Shown piece after piece: positions 13,110-24,897 of a stretch of 64,000 nt of DNA. The translations under genes were made by a program, and so were the position numbers. Position 1 is the stretch's first letter; each line of letters opens with the position of its first letter. This DNA is from Scyliorhinus canicula (Eukaryota): assembly GCF_902713615.1 (NCBI RefSeq), contig NW_024055720.1, positions 1-64,000 of the forward strand. Direction: 5' to 3'. Below the pieces are notes generated by a model. It was not told where the DNA came from. It was given only the letters and a program-made list of their open reading frames with translations, and did no database searches.

Positions 13110-13319
13110 GCTCTTCTGCGGGTGAACAGAGGAGTAATTTGCGAAATCACGAGAATCATCTCCAGCCGCAGATGTAGATGGTAAATTAAAACTTGGAAAT
13201 CCAGCGTACCAGCAGGGGGTAATAACAGCTCTCAGATAATGTAGCCCGAAATTCTAGTTTGCTTTTACAGACGCGTTAACTCAGATGGGCCCCAAGGCCC
13301 CTGAGTCTCCTGTACGTTC
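13110..13319 (-). pseudogene. TCR V relic (family of 5959-6408)
   Basis: gttacag|GAACG acceptor and start homologous to the V at 6105; stops and deletions present. Confidence 0.6.
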
Positions 13320-13964
13320 CTGTAACAAAAGTGTCAAACTCTGCTGAAATTAGAATTTCAACAACAACTCACGGAGCAACCCGATTATTATTATCATGTA
13401 GGGGCTGGTTTAGCTCACTAAGTGGCTGGTTTAGCTCACTTGGCTAAATCGCTGGCTTTTAAAGCAGACCAAGCAGGCAAGCAGCACGGTTCGATTCCCG
13501 TGCCAGCCTCCCCGGACAGGCGCCGGAATGTGGCGACTAGGGGCTTTTCACATTAACTTAATTGAAGCCTACTCGTGACAATAAGCGGTTTTCATTTAAT
13601 TTTTTTCATGTAAGAACCTTTGGGATCTGCTTTAGGCTTCAGTAGAAAATCGATTTTTCGATCGAAAACTCACCTGTTGCCTGCTGCGAGGGAGTCGGCC
13701 AGATACCGGACTTGCTTCAGAGGGGTGCGGTTAACGATGAGGGCGATAAAACTCGCGGCGCTCGGATTAATCCGCAAGTCATGAACGCCCGGGACCGCCA
13801 CAGCTTTCTAGTTGTATCGTCCTTACAGATTTTTGCTGCTCTGTCACGGGGGGCAACATTACTGACGTTGTCTTTCACCCGAGTGTCGCTGGTAATCAGA
13901 GGATTGGCCGTCTCTGCTGAAATGAACAGAGACTGTTCTGATCGTCAGTACCGCGCACCTGCTG

Positions 13965-14284
13965 CTACATTGTGCTGTCTACACTATTGTAGATCCTTCC
14001 TCTTCCTGTGGTCAGACAGCTCAACCGTGCTATGCCTCGATCGGTAACAATATATACTTATGTACAGGGATGTATCTGTATGTGAGTCAGAGTAAGACCC
14101 TCTATCCCATTCTGCTGAGCAGATTCTCTCCAGTGAGATGAAACATGAACGGTGCAGGGTGCCCGGATGCTGACTGTATCGGTCAGGATCTATTGTTTTG
14201 ACTGAACTGTTGTGTGACGTCACTGTCCTCTTCAACCCTTATTTCAGCCTCCCCGCTGTTCCACTGGGTCCTGGTAGCTCCAGT
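13965..14284 (-). pseudogene. TCR V pseudogene (family of 20224-20613)
   Basis: (D)WSYQDPVEQR/EAEIRVEEDSDVT matches EWSHQDTVEQKEPEITLEEERNVT; ..STVELSD near the end; CACAATG heptamer relic; frameshifts. Confidence 0.65.
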
Positions 14285-15666
14285 CTGACAGAAACCAACA
14301 GAAAAAATAAAATCAGAATTCATCAGCCTCATATTGAGCAACTTAACGGCCACCCCACCATCATCATTATTATTTAACAATAATATCAGGTTACACAGTG
14401 GGGGGTGTTTTCGTGAAGTGAGATGGTGATGAGGAGAGCCGAGATGTGGTTTCCGCGATAGTTCCAGAATTCATTGCTCTCAGGAAATTATCTGTCAGAG
14501 CAGAAAAACAGATTCAGGTGTCACTGCACGGCTGACCAAACCAATGACAGGAATCGAGCAGCGACAGCAATTTCTACAACACCACAACGGTGTTAGAGCG
14601 AGATCAACAATCGGAAACTGTGACGGGGGACACCACAGACTCTAAACTAGTCGGGCTGTGTGATTGTTATCAACAGCAGGCGCGACAGGTGGAGCGGAAA
14701 TAGCGACGGTTGAATCTCTAAAGTTATGTGACCATCCTGCACCTGCTCACTGCTGAACTGAGTGAGAACAATTAGCGGGGAGCTGGCAGGAATCGCCCAG
14801 AGTTATAGACAATGAGGGAACGGAATGAGCATTCGGATTACCGTACACGTGCCTATTTGAAAATGCTGTCCCAATCGGCTTTCGCACCCCAATTTTCCAT
14901 ATTGCTTTCCCTTTTCACATTCTGACAATCCCCTTGTGAAATTTGCTATTGAACCTTCTTCTGTCATCATTTTACACGTCCTGTTCTAGACGTTAACAAA
15001 TCGGAATACTATGAATAAATACATTATTCTCTATAATATTTCCCCACGAAATCGGGATGATTTGTCATTGGAACTGCTGCTAATGGGAACAATTACAGAC
15101 GATCTACGCTATCGGAAAGGCAAATCTTTTCAGCAAAACAAATGAGTCTTCCTTCTTCCTCCTTTGTGAGAGGCAAATGAAGCCAAAGTTCTCTGGGTCC
15201 TTTCCATAAACGGCCCTCGTCCCTGGCAACATTTAAATGTATATCGTCCGCACTTTCTCCAACGTCCTAACAGTACTAATTTGATGTGCAGGATTTGGAA
15301 AGTAACGGCCAGCAAATATTTAATCGATTAATATCCCTTTCTGACATAAACATCAACAGTAGTAAAAACTGTTTCGTAGCAGATCCAGTTTAGATTTCTG
15401 GGAAACATTCGTGTCTTCTTGTGTATTTGAATCCGCCCTGAATGCATTCAGTGGCTGCATTGTAACTGGAATGAAACTACTCCGGCACCAGGGGGCGCCA
15501 CCTTCAAACATGGGGATGATGAAGTTCCGTGACGGCATTGTCAAAACCAATAGGCGTCGTGGTCTGTGTGTGGGTGGAACATTGAGCTGAACAGAACCCG
15601 GATTCCCTCTCTGCTTCTCAATCTCTGCCTCATTCCATTCCTACTCACTCAGAGGTTCAGTCAGAC

Positions 15667-16510
15667 ATGTTTCTGCTAATACTGGCGGCGCTGTTGGACG
15701 GTGAGTAATGGATAATGTTCATAGTGCCAGATTAGCAGGCTATTTCATAGAATTTACAGTGCAGAAGGAGTCCATTCAACCCACCGAGTCTGCACCAGCC
15801 CTTGAACTGTGTACCCCATCCAAACACACACCCGCACTCTATCCCTGTGACCCAGTAACCGCACCATAACTTTTTGGACACTAAGGGCAATTTAGCATGG
15901 TCACATCTTTGGACTGTGGGAGGAAACTGGAGCACCCGGAAGAAACACAGGCAGACGTGGGGAAAACGTACAGATTCCGCGCAGACAGTGTCCAAAGGCG
16001 GCAATCGAACCTGGGCCCCTGGAGCTGTGAAGCGACTGTGCTAACCACTGTTCTACCGTGCCGCCCAAATTATAGATTTTAATAATTGAATATAATTAAC
16101 GGCCAGAAATATCCACGCGATGAGTAGAGTTGAGTTTCCACAAACTCACACATATACAAACAAATGTAGGTGAATTATATTTAGCCTATTGATGTTTAAT
16201 TTCTCTTCCCTTGGCAGGCGGGCTAAGCGCAGATCCAGTAACTCAATCACCGATGACAAAAACCGTGTCAGAAGGGGATTCGGTGCGGCTGCATTGTGAA
16301 TATACAGACTCCAGTATGGATTCCATGCAATGGTATCAGCTGAAAGCGGCACAGCCACCAATCTGGATTATTAGCAAATTCGTAGCTCAGAAGGAAGATG
16401 AAGTTTCAGGACGATATCTGGCGGCTGCTGACAAGTCCAAACAGAACGGTTACCTCAATATAAGCGGCCTCAGTGTGGATGACGGGGCGGTCTATTACTG
16501 TGCAATGAGG
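15667..16510 (+). CDS. TRAV/TRDV: TCR alpha/delta-type V segment (leader 15667-15700, V exon 16218-16510), apparently functional
   Basis: Leader MFLLILAALLDG with gtgagt; V exon ADPVTQSP..VRLHCEY..MQWYQLK..DDGAVYYCAMR; intron enlarged by a SINE. Confidence 0.92.
15746..16066 (-). mobile_element. tRNA-derived SINE inside a leader-V intron
   Basis: Head GGGCGGCACGGTAG..GTGGTTAGCAC..GGTTCGATT; absent from the paralogous intron at 12472-12657. Confidence 0.8.
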
Positions 16511-16549
16511 CACAGCGTTAGAAAGCAGCTAGAGCCCCGTACAAAAACC
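16511..16549 (+). other. 23-RSS (CACAGCG-23-ACAAAAACC)
   Basis: Spacer counted directly. Confidence 0.92.
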
Positions 16550-16789
16550 TCAGCGAGTATTTTCAGCTCCACTAAACCTGCTTTCAGTTTCCTGTCTGCG
16601 GGAATTGTTCGAACGGGGATTCACGAACACAGTCACGTCTGCTTTTCATAAAGTTTTATTGGTGTCTCTGTCCTTCTACAGGTCATGATGCCGGCATTGA
16701 ACTGGGGTGAACACATTAAGAAGTCTGACAGCACCAGGTTCAACTTCAACATGTTTGTTTCGAATCACTATCTTTCGGAGCGCAGCTCC

Positions 16790-17002
16790 TTCCTCAGATC
16801 TACAGAGGAGCAATTTGGGAAATCACGAGACCCATCCCGAGGCCCGATGTACATGGTAAATTAAATCTAGGAATACCCGGGTACCAGCAGCGGTAATAAC
16901 AGCTCTCAGATGTGGAGATAATGTAGCTGGAAGCTATAGTTTGATCTTCCAGACCCGTTAACTCAGATGAGCCCAAGGCCGCTGAGTCTGTACCACACGT
17001 TC
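16790..17002 (-). pseudogene. TCR V relic (family of 5959-6408)
   Basis: GTCGTDSAALGSSELTGLEDQTIASSYIISTSESCYYRCWY aligns to GTNGEDAVFQDRSELKVLKGQNVTLDCRYSTASFRTLFWY. Confidence 0.65.
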
Positions 17003-17764
17003 CTGTAATAAAACAGAGAGTGCCAAACTCTGCTGTTGCAATTAACACATGAAACTCAAAATAAAAAAATCAACAAGGACTCACGGAGGCTTCAGTAGAA
17101 AATCGATTTTTCGATGGAAAACTCATCTCTTGCTTGTTGCTAGGGAGTCACTCAGATACGGGACGTGCTTCAGAAGGGTGCTGCTCACGGTGAGGGCTAT
17201 AAAACTGCCGGCGCTCGGATGAATCCACAAGACATGAGCGCCCGGGACCGTCACAGCCTTGTAGTTTTATCGTCCTTACAGATCTTTGCTGCAATGTCAC
17301 AGGGGCCAATATTACAGACGTTGTCTTTCACCCGAGTGCCGCTGGCAGAGGATTGGCCGTCTCTGCGGAAATATAAGAGCCTGTTCTGATCCTCAGTACC
17401 CAGCTCCTGCTGCTACATTGAGCTGTATACACCATTGTAGATCCTTCTTGTTCCTGCGGTCAGACAGCTCAACTGTGCTGTGCCTCGGTCTCTAACAATA
17501 TATAATATATAATAGTTTCTCTGAAGCCTGTGTGGCTGTGCGACCAGTGAGGTCACAAGACCCCCCCCCCCCCCCCCCGCCCAACCCCTCCGCCCTCGCA
17601 ATGAGCGGAACAGAGCCCCTGCCCCCTCTCTCCTGTATGGCTGGGAGACCAGTAAGATCACAATAGAATCCCCCTCCCCTCCAACCCCTCGGCTCTCTCA
17701 ATGAGCTGAGCAGAGCCCGGGCTCCCTGTCTCCCTCACAATCTCTGAGAGAGATTCAGTCTGAC

Positions 17765-18257
17765 ATGTTTCTGATAATACTGGCGGCGCTGTGGCACGGT
17801 AAGTCCTGGATAGTGACCATCGAGGTAGATTAGCATATTAATACAGATCGATGGCAATATAATCGCGCTCGAAAATAATATGATGCGCAGTTGGGAGGTT
17901 TCACAAACTCTCTCAGACACAGGCAAATTTGCATCAGTTGATATTTAATCCTCTACCTTCACAGGCGGACTGTGCGCAGATCCAGTAACTCAGTCACCGG
18001 TGACAATAACCGCATCGGAAGGGGATTCGGCGCAGTTGAATTGTGACTATACAGACAAGAATATGGACTTCATGCTATGGTATCAGCAGAAACCGGCACA
18101 ACAACCGAGATGGATCATCACTAACACGCTAGCATTGAAGAAAGGAACAGTTTCAGGACGATATTTGGCGGTTGCTGACAAGTCTAAACAGAACGGTTCC
18201 CTCAATATAAGCGCCCTCAGTGTGGAGGACAGGGCGGTCTATCACTGTGCAGTGAGG
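17765..18257 (+). CDS. TRAV/TRDV: TCR alpha/delta-type V segment (leader 17765-17798, V exon 17965-18257), apparently functional
   Basis: Leader MFLIILAALWHG with gtaagt; V exon ADPVTQSP..AQLNCDY..MLWYQQKP..EDRAVYHCAVR. Confidence 0.9.
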
Positions 18258-18296
18258 CACAGCGTTAGAGAGCAGCTAGAGCACCGTACAAAAACC
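18258..18296 (+). other. 23-RSS (CACAGCG-23-ACAAAAACC)
   Basis: Spacer counted directly. Confidence 0.92.
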
Positions 18297-18334
18297 TCAG
18301 CGAGCATGCACAGCTTCACTAAGGTTCCTTCTGT

Positions 18335-18600
18335 GCGAAGCATTTGATCCCCGCCGATCGAACGCTGTTAGGTGTATTTACCAGGCTTTCTTTAATGCTT
18401 CCACCCTTGTACCGATCAATAAAGGAGCAGTTTGGAGAATGTTGTGGCTTATCATGCTGCGATATTTACAGTACCTTTAACCCCGGAATATCCACCAAGC
18501 AGCAGGGGGAAGATCTCAGATGTGGAGTTAGTTTAGCCGGAAAGTACGGCTAGCCTTAACTCAGCAGAGCCCAGGGACACCGACTCCTCGGCACCCGGTA
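18335..18600 (-). pseudogene. Heavily decayed TCR V relic
   Basis: Homologous to the relics at 13110 and 16790 (GAEESVSLGSAEL..STSEIFPLL..DRYKGGSIKE..). Confidence 0.5.
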
Positions 18601-20183
18601 TGTAACGAAATGCAGAATGGATCAGGGGGAGGCGGTGGCAAAGTGGTATTGTCACTGGACTAGCAATGCAGACACCGAGAGTAATGATATGAGGTTGACT
18701 CTTAACTGCCCCCTCAAGAGCGATTCGCGATTAACCAAAAAAACAATTCCTCCGATACTTAACACATGAAATGTACAATAGCAGAGATTCACCTCACAAC
18801 ACGGCTGGCATTATCAGTCTGTGACATGGGGAGCAGATGATGCCGGGTTTAGGCTTGAATACAAATCGACTTGTCGATCGATCATGTAAATAAAAGCAGA
18901 TTATTGCTGGAATATGAAAACCTGGACAATCTCAGTAGGTCTGGCAGCATCTGTGGAGGGAGAAGGGAGCTAACGTTTCGGGTCTGAGTGACCCTTTGTC
19001 AAAGCTGAGAATTCGGATGTTGAGTTGATTAAGGATTTACATACGGAGCCACAAATGTGTCCCAGAAATCTAAATTGCAGCTTTTTAGACACCGTCTTCC
19101 TTAATGTTGATATTTATGTCAGAAAATGATGAGGGACACAGATCGGGTAGATAGGAAGGAATTTGGGTCAATAACCAGGGTGCAGAGATTTAAGTTAAGG
19201 GGAAGGATTTAGAGGAGAATTGAGGAAACAATTTTACCCAGAGGGTGATGGGAATCGGGAACTCACTGCGTGAAGGGTGGTAGAGGCAGGAAGGCTCGTA
19301 ACATTTAAGAAGCATTTCAATGCGCACTGCAAACGCCAGAGTATACAAGGCTATGGGCCAACTGCTGGATAATTGAATTAGGATAGAAAGGTGCTTGATG
19401 GCCAGCGCATGCACACTGGGCCGGAGGGCTTCATTTTGAGCCGTAAAGCCATATTGTTCTTTGACTCTAAGTGGAAAGGTGAAAACGTCTAGCGAGGAAA
19501 TTTCAGAGCTTTGTGTCGAGGCAGCTGAAGGCACGGCCAGCGTTGGTGGAGTGGTTAAAGTCGGAGGTGAAGGCAGTGAGTTCCAGATTCCCACCACCGG
19601 CTGGATGACAACGTTTTCCTCAAATCCCCTCGAAATCTCCAACTCCTTATCTTTAATCTATGCCCATTGGTTATCTACTAAGGTGAAAAGTTTCTTCCCA
19701 TCTATGTCCCTCATAGGAAGGACAGTCATTGTTCCTTTGAAATTCTCCTTACAACCAAACTCTTTGACCAAACTTGTGATCACATGACCGAATATGTTCA
19801 TTGTTCCTGTGACACCCCTTGGGAGATTTTATTATGTGAACACCCTCGACAGTGATATAAGTTGCTGCATGTATTGTCACTCAGTGAGACCTGATAGTTT
19901 ACTGAGCGAGGGAGTCTGTATAGTTTACTGAGTGAGTGAGTCTGTACACCAGGATAAGAACAAGAAGCAGGAGTTAAGGTATCGGAGATAGATTCATCAA
20001 TACAATATCTGTTATGAATGCGAATTGCAATCATAAACTGGTATAACTGTGCAGGTGGGTCTCACTATTTCTGTTTTTGAAAGTTGTGTTTTGTTACAAT
20101 TGTTGATACGCTCGCTATGGAAACTGAACAATATGGGGGGGGGGGCGCCACCGGCTGAGCAGTAGCTGGAACTGCCAGTGTGG

Positions 20184-20223
20184 GGTTTTTGTACGGGGTC
20201 CACCATATCTCTGTAGCAGTGTG
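20184..20223 (-). other. V RSS with 24-nt spacer (CACACTG-24-ACAAAAACC)
   Basis: Spacer 20193-20216 counted as 24 nt. Confidence 0.85.
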
Positions 20224-20613
20224 GGCTTCATAGCACAGAAATACACGGCGCTGTCGGAAATCATTGTATTACTGATCGTTAACTCAGTAGTCTTGTTCTT
20301 TTTATCAAGCGTAGAGGAAAACCGATTATCGAGGTCGATGTTCCTTTGCACAGTCAGTCCAATAAATTGAATCATGTACATTGGGGCTTTCCCGGGCTGC
20401 TGACTGTACCAGTACACATAGGGGTTAGGATTGCTTGTTCTGAAGGTGCAGGTTAATGTGACATTCCTTTCCTCTTCAAGCGTTATTTCAGGTTCCTTTT
20501 GTTCCACGGTATCTTGGTGGCTCCATTCTAACAGAGGTAACAGCGATAATGACAATCAGAGTCAGCATCACATGGAATACAATGATGAGGAGCGAAGCGA
20601 GATGGGTCCACAT
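20224..20613 (-). CDS. TRAV/TRDV: TCR V segment with intact V exon (20224-20527) but apparently defective leader splice
   Basis: V exon EWSHQDTVEQ..VTLTCTF..VYWYSQQPGKAP..SDSAVYFCAMK. Leader MWTHLASLLIIVFH starts at 20613, has no phase-1 GT donor and lies only ~44 nt from the acceptor. Confidence 0.8.
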
Positions 20614-21367
20614 GATCCTTCTTGTGTTTGTAATTCTACAATGAGAGAACCCCTCTGTCAGAGACAGAAATACAGATCCCCGTTACACTGCACTGCGGAT
20701 CCGGCAAATGAGAGGAATGAACGAGCAGCAGCAATCTCTCCAAGAACACTATGGTGCTAGAGTGAGAGCAGCAAACGGAAGCTGTGGGCGGGGATACCGC
20801 AGTCTCAATATTGAGTGAAGTGTGCGGTGACTCTCAGCTGTACTCGGAACTGAGGGAGCGGGAATAGCGACGGTTCAATCTTCCCTCCACCGTGACCATC
20901 CTGCACCTGCTCACTGTGCAAGGCACTGAGAAGAAATAGATCGGGAGGGACATGAACGGACTAGAATCTAGAATCTTCGAGTCCACACAATCTCAATTCC
21001 CGAGACACTTTGAAAGAGTTTTCGTATTCTTCTTTCAAAAACTGCATTTTCTATATATCCCGGTAATTGCCTTTACATTTGTGTGAAATTTCCTTCTTAA
21101 AGTTATTGTTGAATCTTCTGCCGCCTTTATTTAGACTCCGCCTTTTATAGTTTAACAAATCGCAGTGTAGATAATGAACAGAATTTTCCTGGGCTTTATT
21201 TCTCCTCAATCCTTCTGTTATCCACGGATCTGCTCGTGGAAATAGCTCAGTGCGATCTTTACATTTCAGCAACTAAGTTCAGTCTCCCCTTTACCTTCCT
21301 TGACCGAAGGAGAGGCGACCTTGTGGCGCCATCGGCAGTTTCCCTGCCTCAGGCTCCTTAGTCGCTG

Positions 21368-22300
21368 AGTTTTACAGCGAAGAAGAGGACCTTTGGCCCA
21401 TCGCGTTTGCCCCGACCATCAAGTACCTATCTCGTCTAAACCAATTTTATGGCACTTGACCCGTAGCCTTGTATGCAATGGCGTTTCAAGTGCTCTTCCA
21501 AACGCTTAAGTGTTGTGAGTGTTCCCGCCTCGACCACCCTCACAGACAGTGTGTTCCAGGTTCTCACAACGCTCAAATGCCCTCTAAATCTCCTCCCCTT
21601 ACCTTAAATGTATTCCCGCTGGTTGTTGACCCCTCCACGAATGGGAACGGTTTCTTCCTATCTATTTTCCGCATAATTTTGAAAACCTCGATCAGGTCAG
21701 CCTTCCCTGACAACGTTTGACAATTAATGACAATAATCCCAGCCTATCCAGCCTCTCTTCATAGCTGAGAAACTCCTTCCCAGAAACCTTCCTGATTAAT
21801 CTCCTCTGCACCCTCTCTGGTGCATCACACCTTTCCCATAGTGTGTCGACCAGATGTGCACAAAATATTCCAGGTGCGGGCTAACCAGCGTTTTACACAT
21901 CCCTATAATAACCTCCCTGCTCTTATATTCCATGCCTCGGCTAATAAATGCAAGTATCCCGCATGTCTTCTTCACCACCTTATCTACTTGTCCTGTTGCC
22001 TGCGGGGATCTATGGGCCAGAACACCATGGTCCCCCTTGCTTCCATACTTCTTGACTTCCTGGCGTTTATTGTGCATTTTCTTGCATTGTTCATCCTCCC
22101 AAAATGCATCATCCAACCCTTTTCAGGGTTAAATTCCATTTGACACCGTTCTGCCTATCTGGCCCGTCCGCCTACATCATCCTGCGATCTAAACCATTCC
22201 TCCTCGCTATTTAGCACACCGCTGAATTTCATGTTGTCTGCGAACGACGGTTGGGCATAGCTCAGGGAATTGAAATGCCAGAACGGTGTGGTTCCTGTTC
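21368..22300 (-). mobile_element. Decayed CR1 fragment (similar pieces ~19000-19450 +, ~31490-32460 +, ~33060-33930 +)
   Basis: LAFISRGMEYKSREV..LVSPHLEYFVHIWS. Confidence 0.8.
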
Positions 22301-22688
22301 CAGTTCTGGGGTGGTTGCGGCTTGCCTCCCAGTGACAGTGCAATGGATTGGACCTTCCTTAAGACAGATAGCGCCAGAGAAGAAAATAATGATTAGATTC
22401 CAGATTTAGATTCCGTTTTGACATAGAAATCAATAAACCTTAAGTCCATTCAGTAACCCCCATTCTGAACCGGATTGAACAGAATCCATCATCAGAGGGC
22501 GCAAAGCCCAACCACGATAATTAGAAAGTCACATGAGACCAAAACCAGTCTCCTCAGTGATGTCACAATGGGCCTGACTCCCTGCAAGTGTGTGGGTGGA
22601 ACAATGAGCTGAACAGAGCCCGGGCTCCCTCTCTGCTTCTCAATCTCTGGATCATTCCAGTCATATTCACTGAGAGATTCAGTCAGAC

Positions 22689-23151
22689 ATGTTTTTAATA
22701 TTACTGGCGGGGCTCTTGCACATTAAGTAATGGATTTTCCTCATCAATACAGTTTAACAGATTGATGGGAATTTACACAAATTCATACAGTTAATGAAGG
22801 TTTACCTCCATCCTGTTTATCCTTCTGCTCTTTTGATCCTCTACATTTACAGGCGGACTATTTGTGGATCCAGTGATACAGTCTCCGGTGACAGTAGCTG
22901 TGTTTGAAGGGGCATTGGTGACGTTAGATTGAGAATATACAACCCGGGTAATAACGGGCATCCACTAGTATGGAGAGAAACCGGCACAGTCTCCAAACTG
23001 GATTATTAATGAAGTAATAGGACTGTAAAAAGATGGAATCTGAGGGCAATATCTGGCTGTTGCTCATAATATAAACACGCTGAGTGTGGAGGTCTCTTAC
23101 TGTGCATTGAGGCACAGCTTCACATAATAACCAAGAACTCGCACAAAAATC
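22689..23151 (+). pseudogene. TCR V pseudogene (family of 12438/15667/17765) with RSS
   Basis: Leader MFLILLAGLLH with donor mutated to TT; first Cys to TGA and further stops. RSS CACAGCT-23-ACAAAAATC at 23113-23151; promoter decamer at 22556. Confidence 0.88.
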
Positions 23152-23815
23152 CTCTGCGAGTCTTTGTGTAGTCTTCTTAGCGCCTTGATCAACCGGGATA
23201 ATTTCATCCCAGGCCCACGGACAACAAACATTAGCAGGTTTGTTTATCAAACAGTTGCATTATTTTATTGGTCCTTGTTCAAATCAATCGATCTGAGAAA
23301 TGTTGCGACGTAGCTCAATATCGCCTCCGAAACCTCCTCAGTAAATATCTCGCAGCTTATAAAGAATACTGACCTGCCTACATCGGCAGAGAAAGCTCTC
23401 GCACGTGGAGCGATTACAGCTGAACATTACTGACTGTCTTTCCAGAGCCTTCAATTCGGCCGGATCCTGGGAAACTCATTCTGCATCACACATTCCTGTA
23501 ACAAAACGTAAAATGTGTCTAAGTAAGGAATTTGATTTAACACAAGAAATAGACAACGACCTTTGAATATTAACTCACCGAACGGCACAATGATTATTAT
23601 CTTAAAGCACCATCGAACCCGTGCTCTCTGGTTGTGACTTCTACAGAACATAAACTGAATTTAAATGAATTCTGGACCTTCTTTTCTGATATTAAACAGG
23701 AAATTCAAATCACGAACAGGCCTCACTCATTGGGACGTATCCACGGAAGAATGTTACTAAAATGCCTGCTCTCTGATGACTGCACAGGCGACACACTTTC
23801 TGAATCACCACGGCA

Positions 23816-23854
23816 GGTTTTTGTACGGCGCTGAATGGTTTTCAGTTCACTGTG
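23816..23854 (-). other. Consensus 23-RSS (CACAGTG-23-ACAAAAACC)
   Basis: Perfect heptamer and nonamer. Confidence 0.95.
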
Positions 23855-24368
23855 TCTCCACTGCACAGAGATAGGTGGCGGTGTCTGTCAGTCGAACGTC
23901 ACTAATATTCAGAACGCTTAACTCTGAAAAACTGAACCGAGCTGTGATCCTCCCCTGATCGCTGGTACCGCTCGCCAGATGCTGCACGGTTTGGTCCGGG
24001 TATTGTCTGTACCATTGTAGGATGCTTACTGCTAATGTGGTGGAACAGGCCAAGGATGCAATGTCTCCCTCGGTAACAACCACTGACTGAGGAGACTGTG
24101 ATACCTCGTCACTGCCAGCGGCATCTGAGAAACATGTAGATGTAAAATAACATGATAAATTTAATATCGCATAGACCACGAGAATATACTATAGCAAAAT
24201 CAAATACAAAATGGCATAACAAAATCCACAATAAAGCATGCTAAATGTTACTACAACATGACATATCTGATGTGTGACATATTCCTGCCAGATACAGTGA
24301 TCACACTCACACGGAGAGAAGAGTAAGACATTCAGGGAGATAATCACTAAAGTGAAACTCAGCTTCAT
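23855..24368 (-). CDS. TRAV: TCR alpha-type V segment (leader 24311-24368, V exon 23855-24124), apparently functional
   Basis: 58-nt leader MKLSFTLVIISLNVLLFSP with gtgagt; V exon AAGSDEVSQSPQ..ASLAC..LQWYRQYP..SGTSDQGR..TDTATYLCAVET with the short CDR2 typical of V-alpha. Confidence 0.9.
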
Positions 24369-24579
24369 GTTGGATCCTATCGATCTGTGTTAAGTAGCTC
24401 TCGGTAGTTTTCAGGACCAGAGACAATGCTGCGAAGGCAGCGCTGTTGTATATCAAACTGAGTCCAACACCAACTGCGCCGTGCCCGCCCGAACCAGGTC
24501 TCTGGGGCTTGTGATCACAAAGTGAAGCTGTGAAGGAGCTTCAGCATTGGTGGGGTGTGGGTAGGAGAATGCGCACGCG

Positions 24580-24897
24580 GCAGAGCACCGTCACTGTGAC
24601 GTCTGACTGAGGACACGTGTGACGTTTCCCTGCATATTTAGTGACGTAGGTCTGTAAACTGAGTGATGTCAGTGGGACTGGTTGAAGGGGCAGAAACATC
24701 GTTGCCGGAGCTGATCTGAACATCCAGCCCTGTGTTTCTGAGAACTAACCGCTGATCAGATTTTTCGATTCAGTCCAACATTCGGACAAGTTGCACCCAT
24801 TGACCATCTCGGAGCTGCGGCTGTCTGACACCGCGGTCTATTACTGTGCACAGAGTGTCGCAGTGATGGGAGCGAGTGAAAGTCTCGAGCAAAAACT
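24580..24897 (+). pseudogene. TCR V pseudogene with CGC-heptamer RSS
   Basis: ..TRVTFPCIFSDV.. and ..LTISELRLSDTAVYYCAQSV; RSS CGCAGTG-23-GCAAAAACT at 24859-24897; frameshifts. Confidence 0.78.

Larger units (their letters stand above)
11390..17495 (+). repeat. Tandem ~3.2-kb V cassette duplication (~11390-14045 vs ~14640-17495; partial copies ~17700-18620 and ~20760-23150)
   Basis: Long colinear similarity covering the upstream block, promoter, V, antisense V relic and 3' block. Confidence 0.85.

Noticed and set aside
13674-13913. 240-nt exon-like block on the minus strand with AG and GTGAGT ends (copy at ~17120-17370), considered as a hidden C or J exon
   Set aside because: It has stops in the phase-1 frame and no C1 or FGxG motif. 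The donor is more simply the old leader donor of the V relic at 13110-13319, and it is mutated in the second copy.
20895-20930. Isolated CACAGTG/CACTGTG heptamers (also ~27117 and ~52148)
   Set aside because: No nonamer at 12 or 23 nt spacing; expected by chance.
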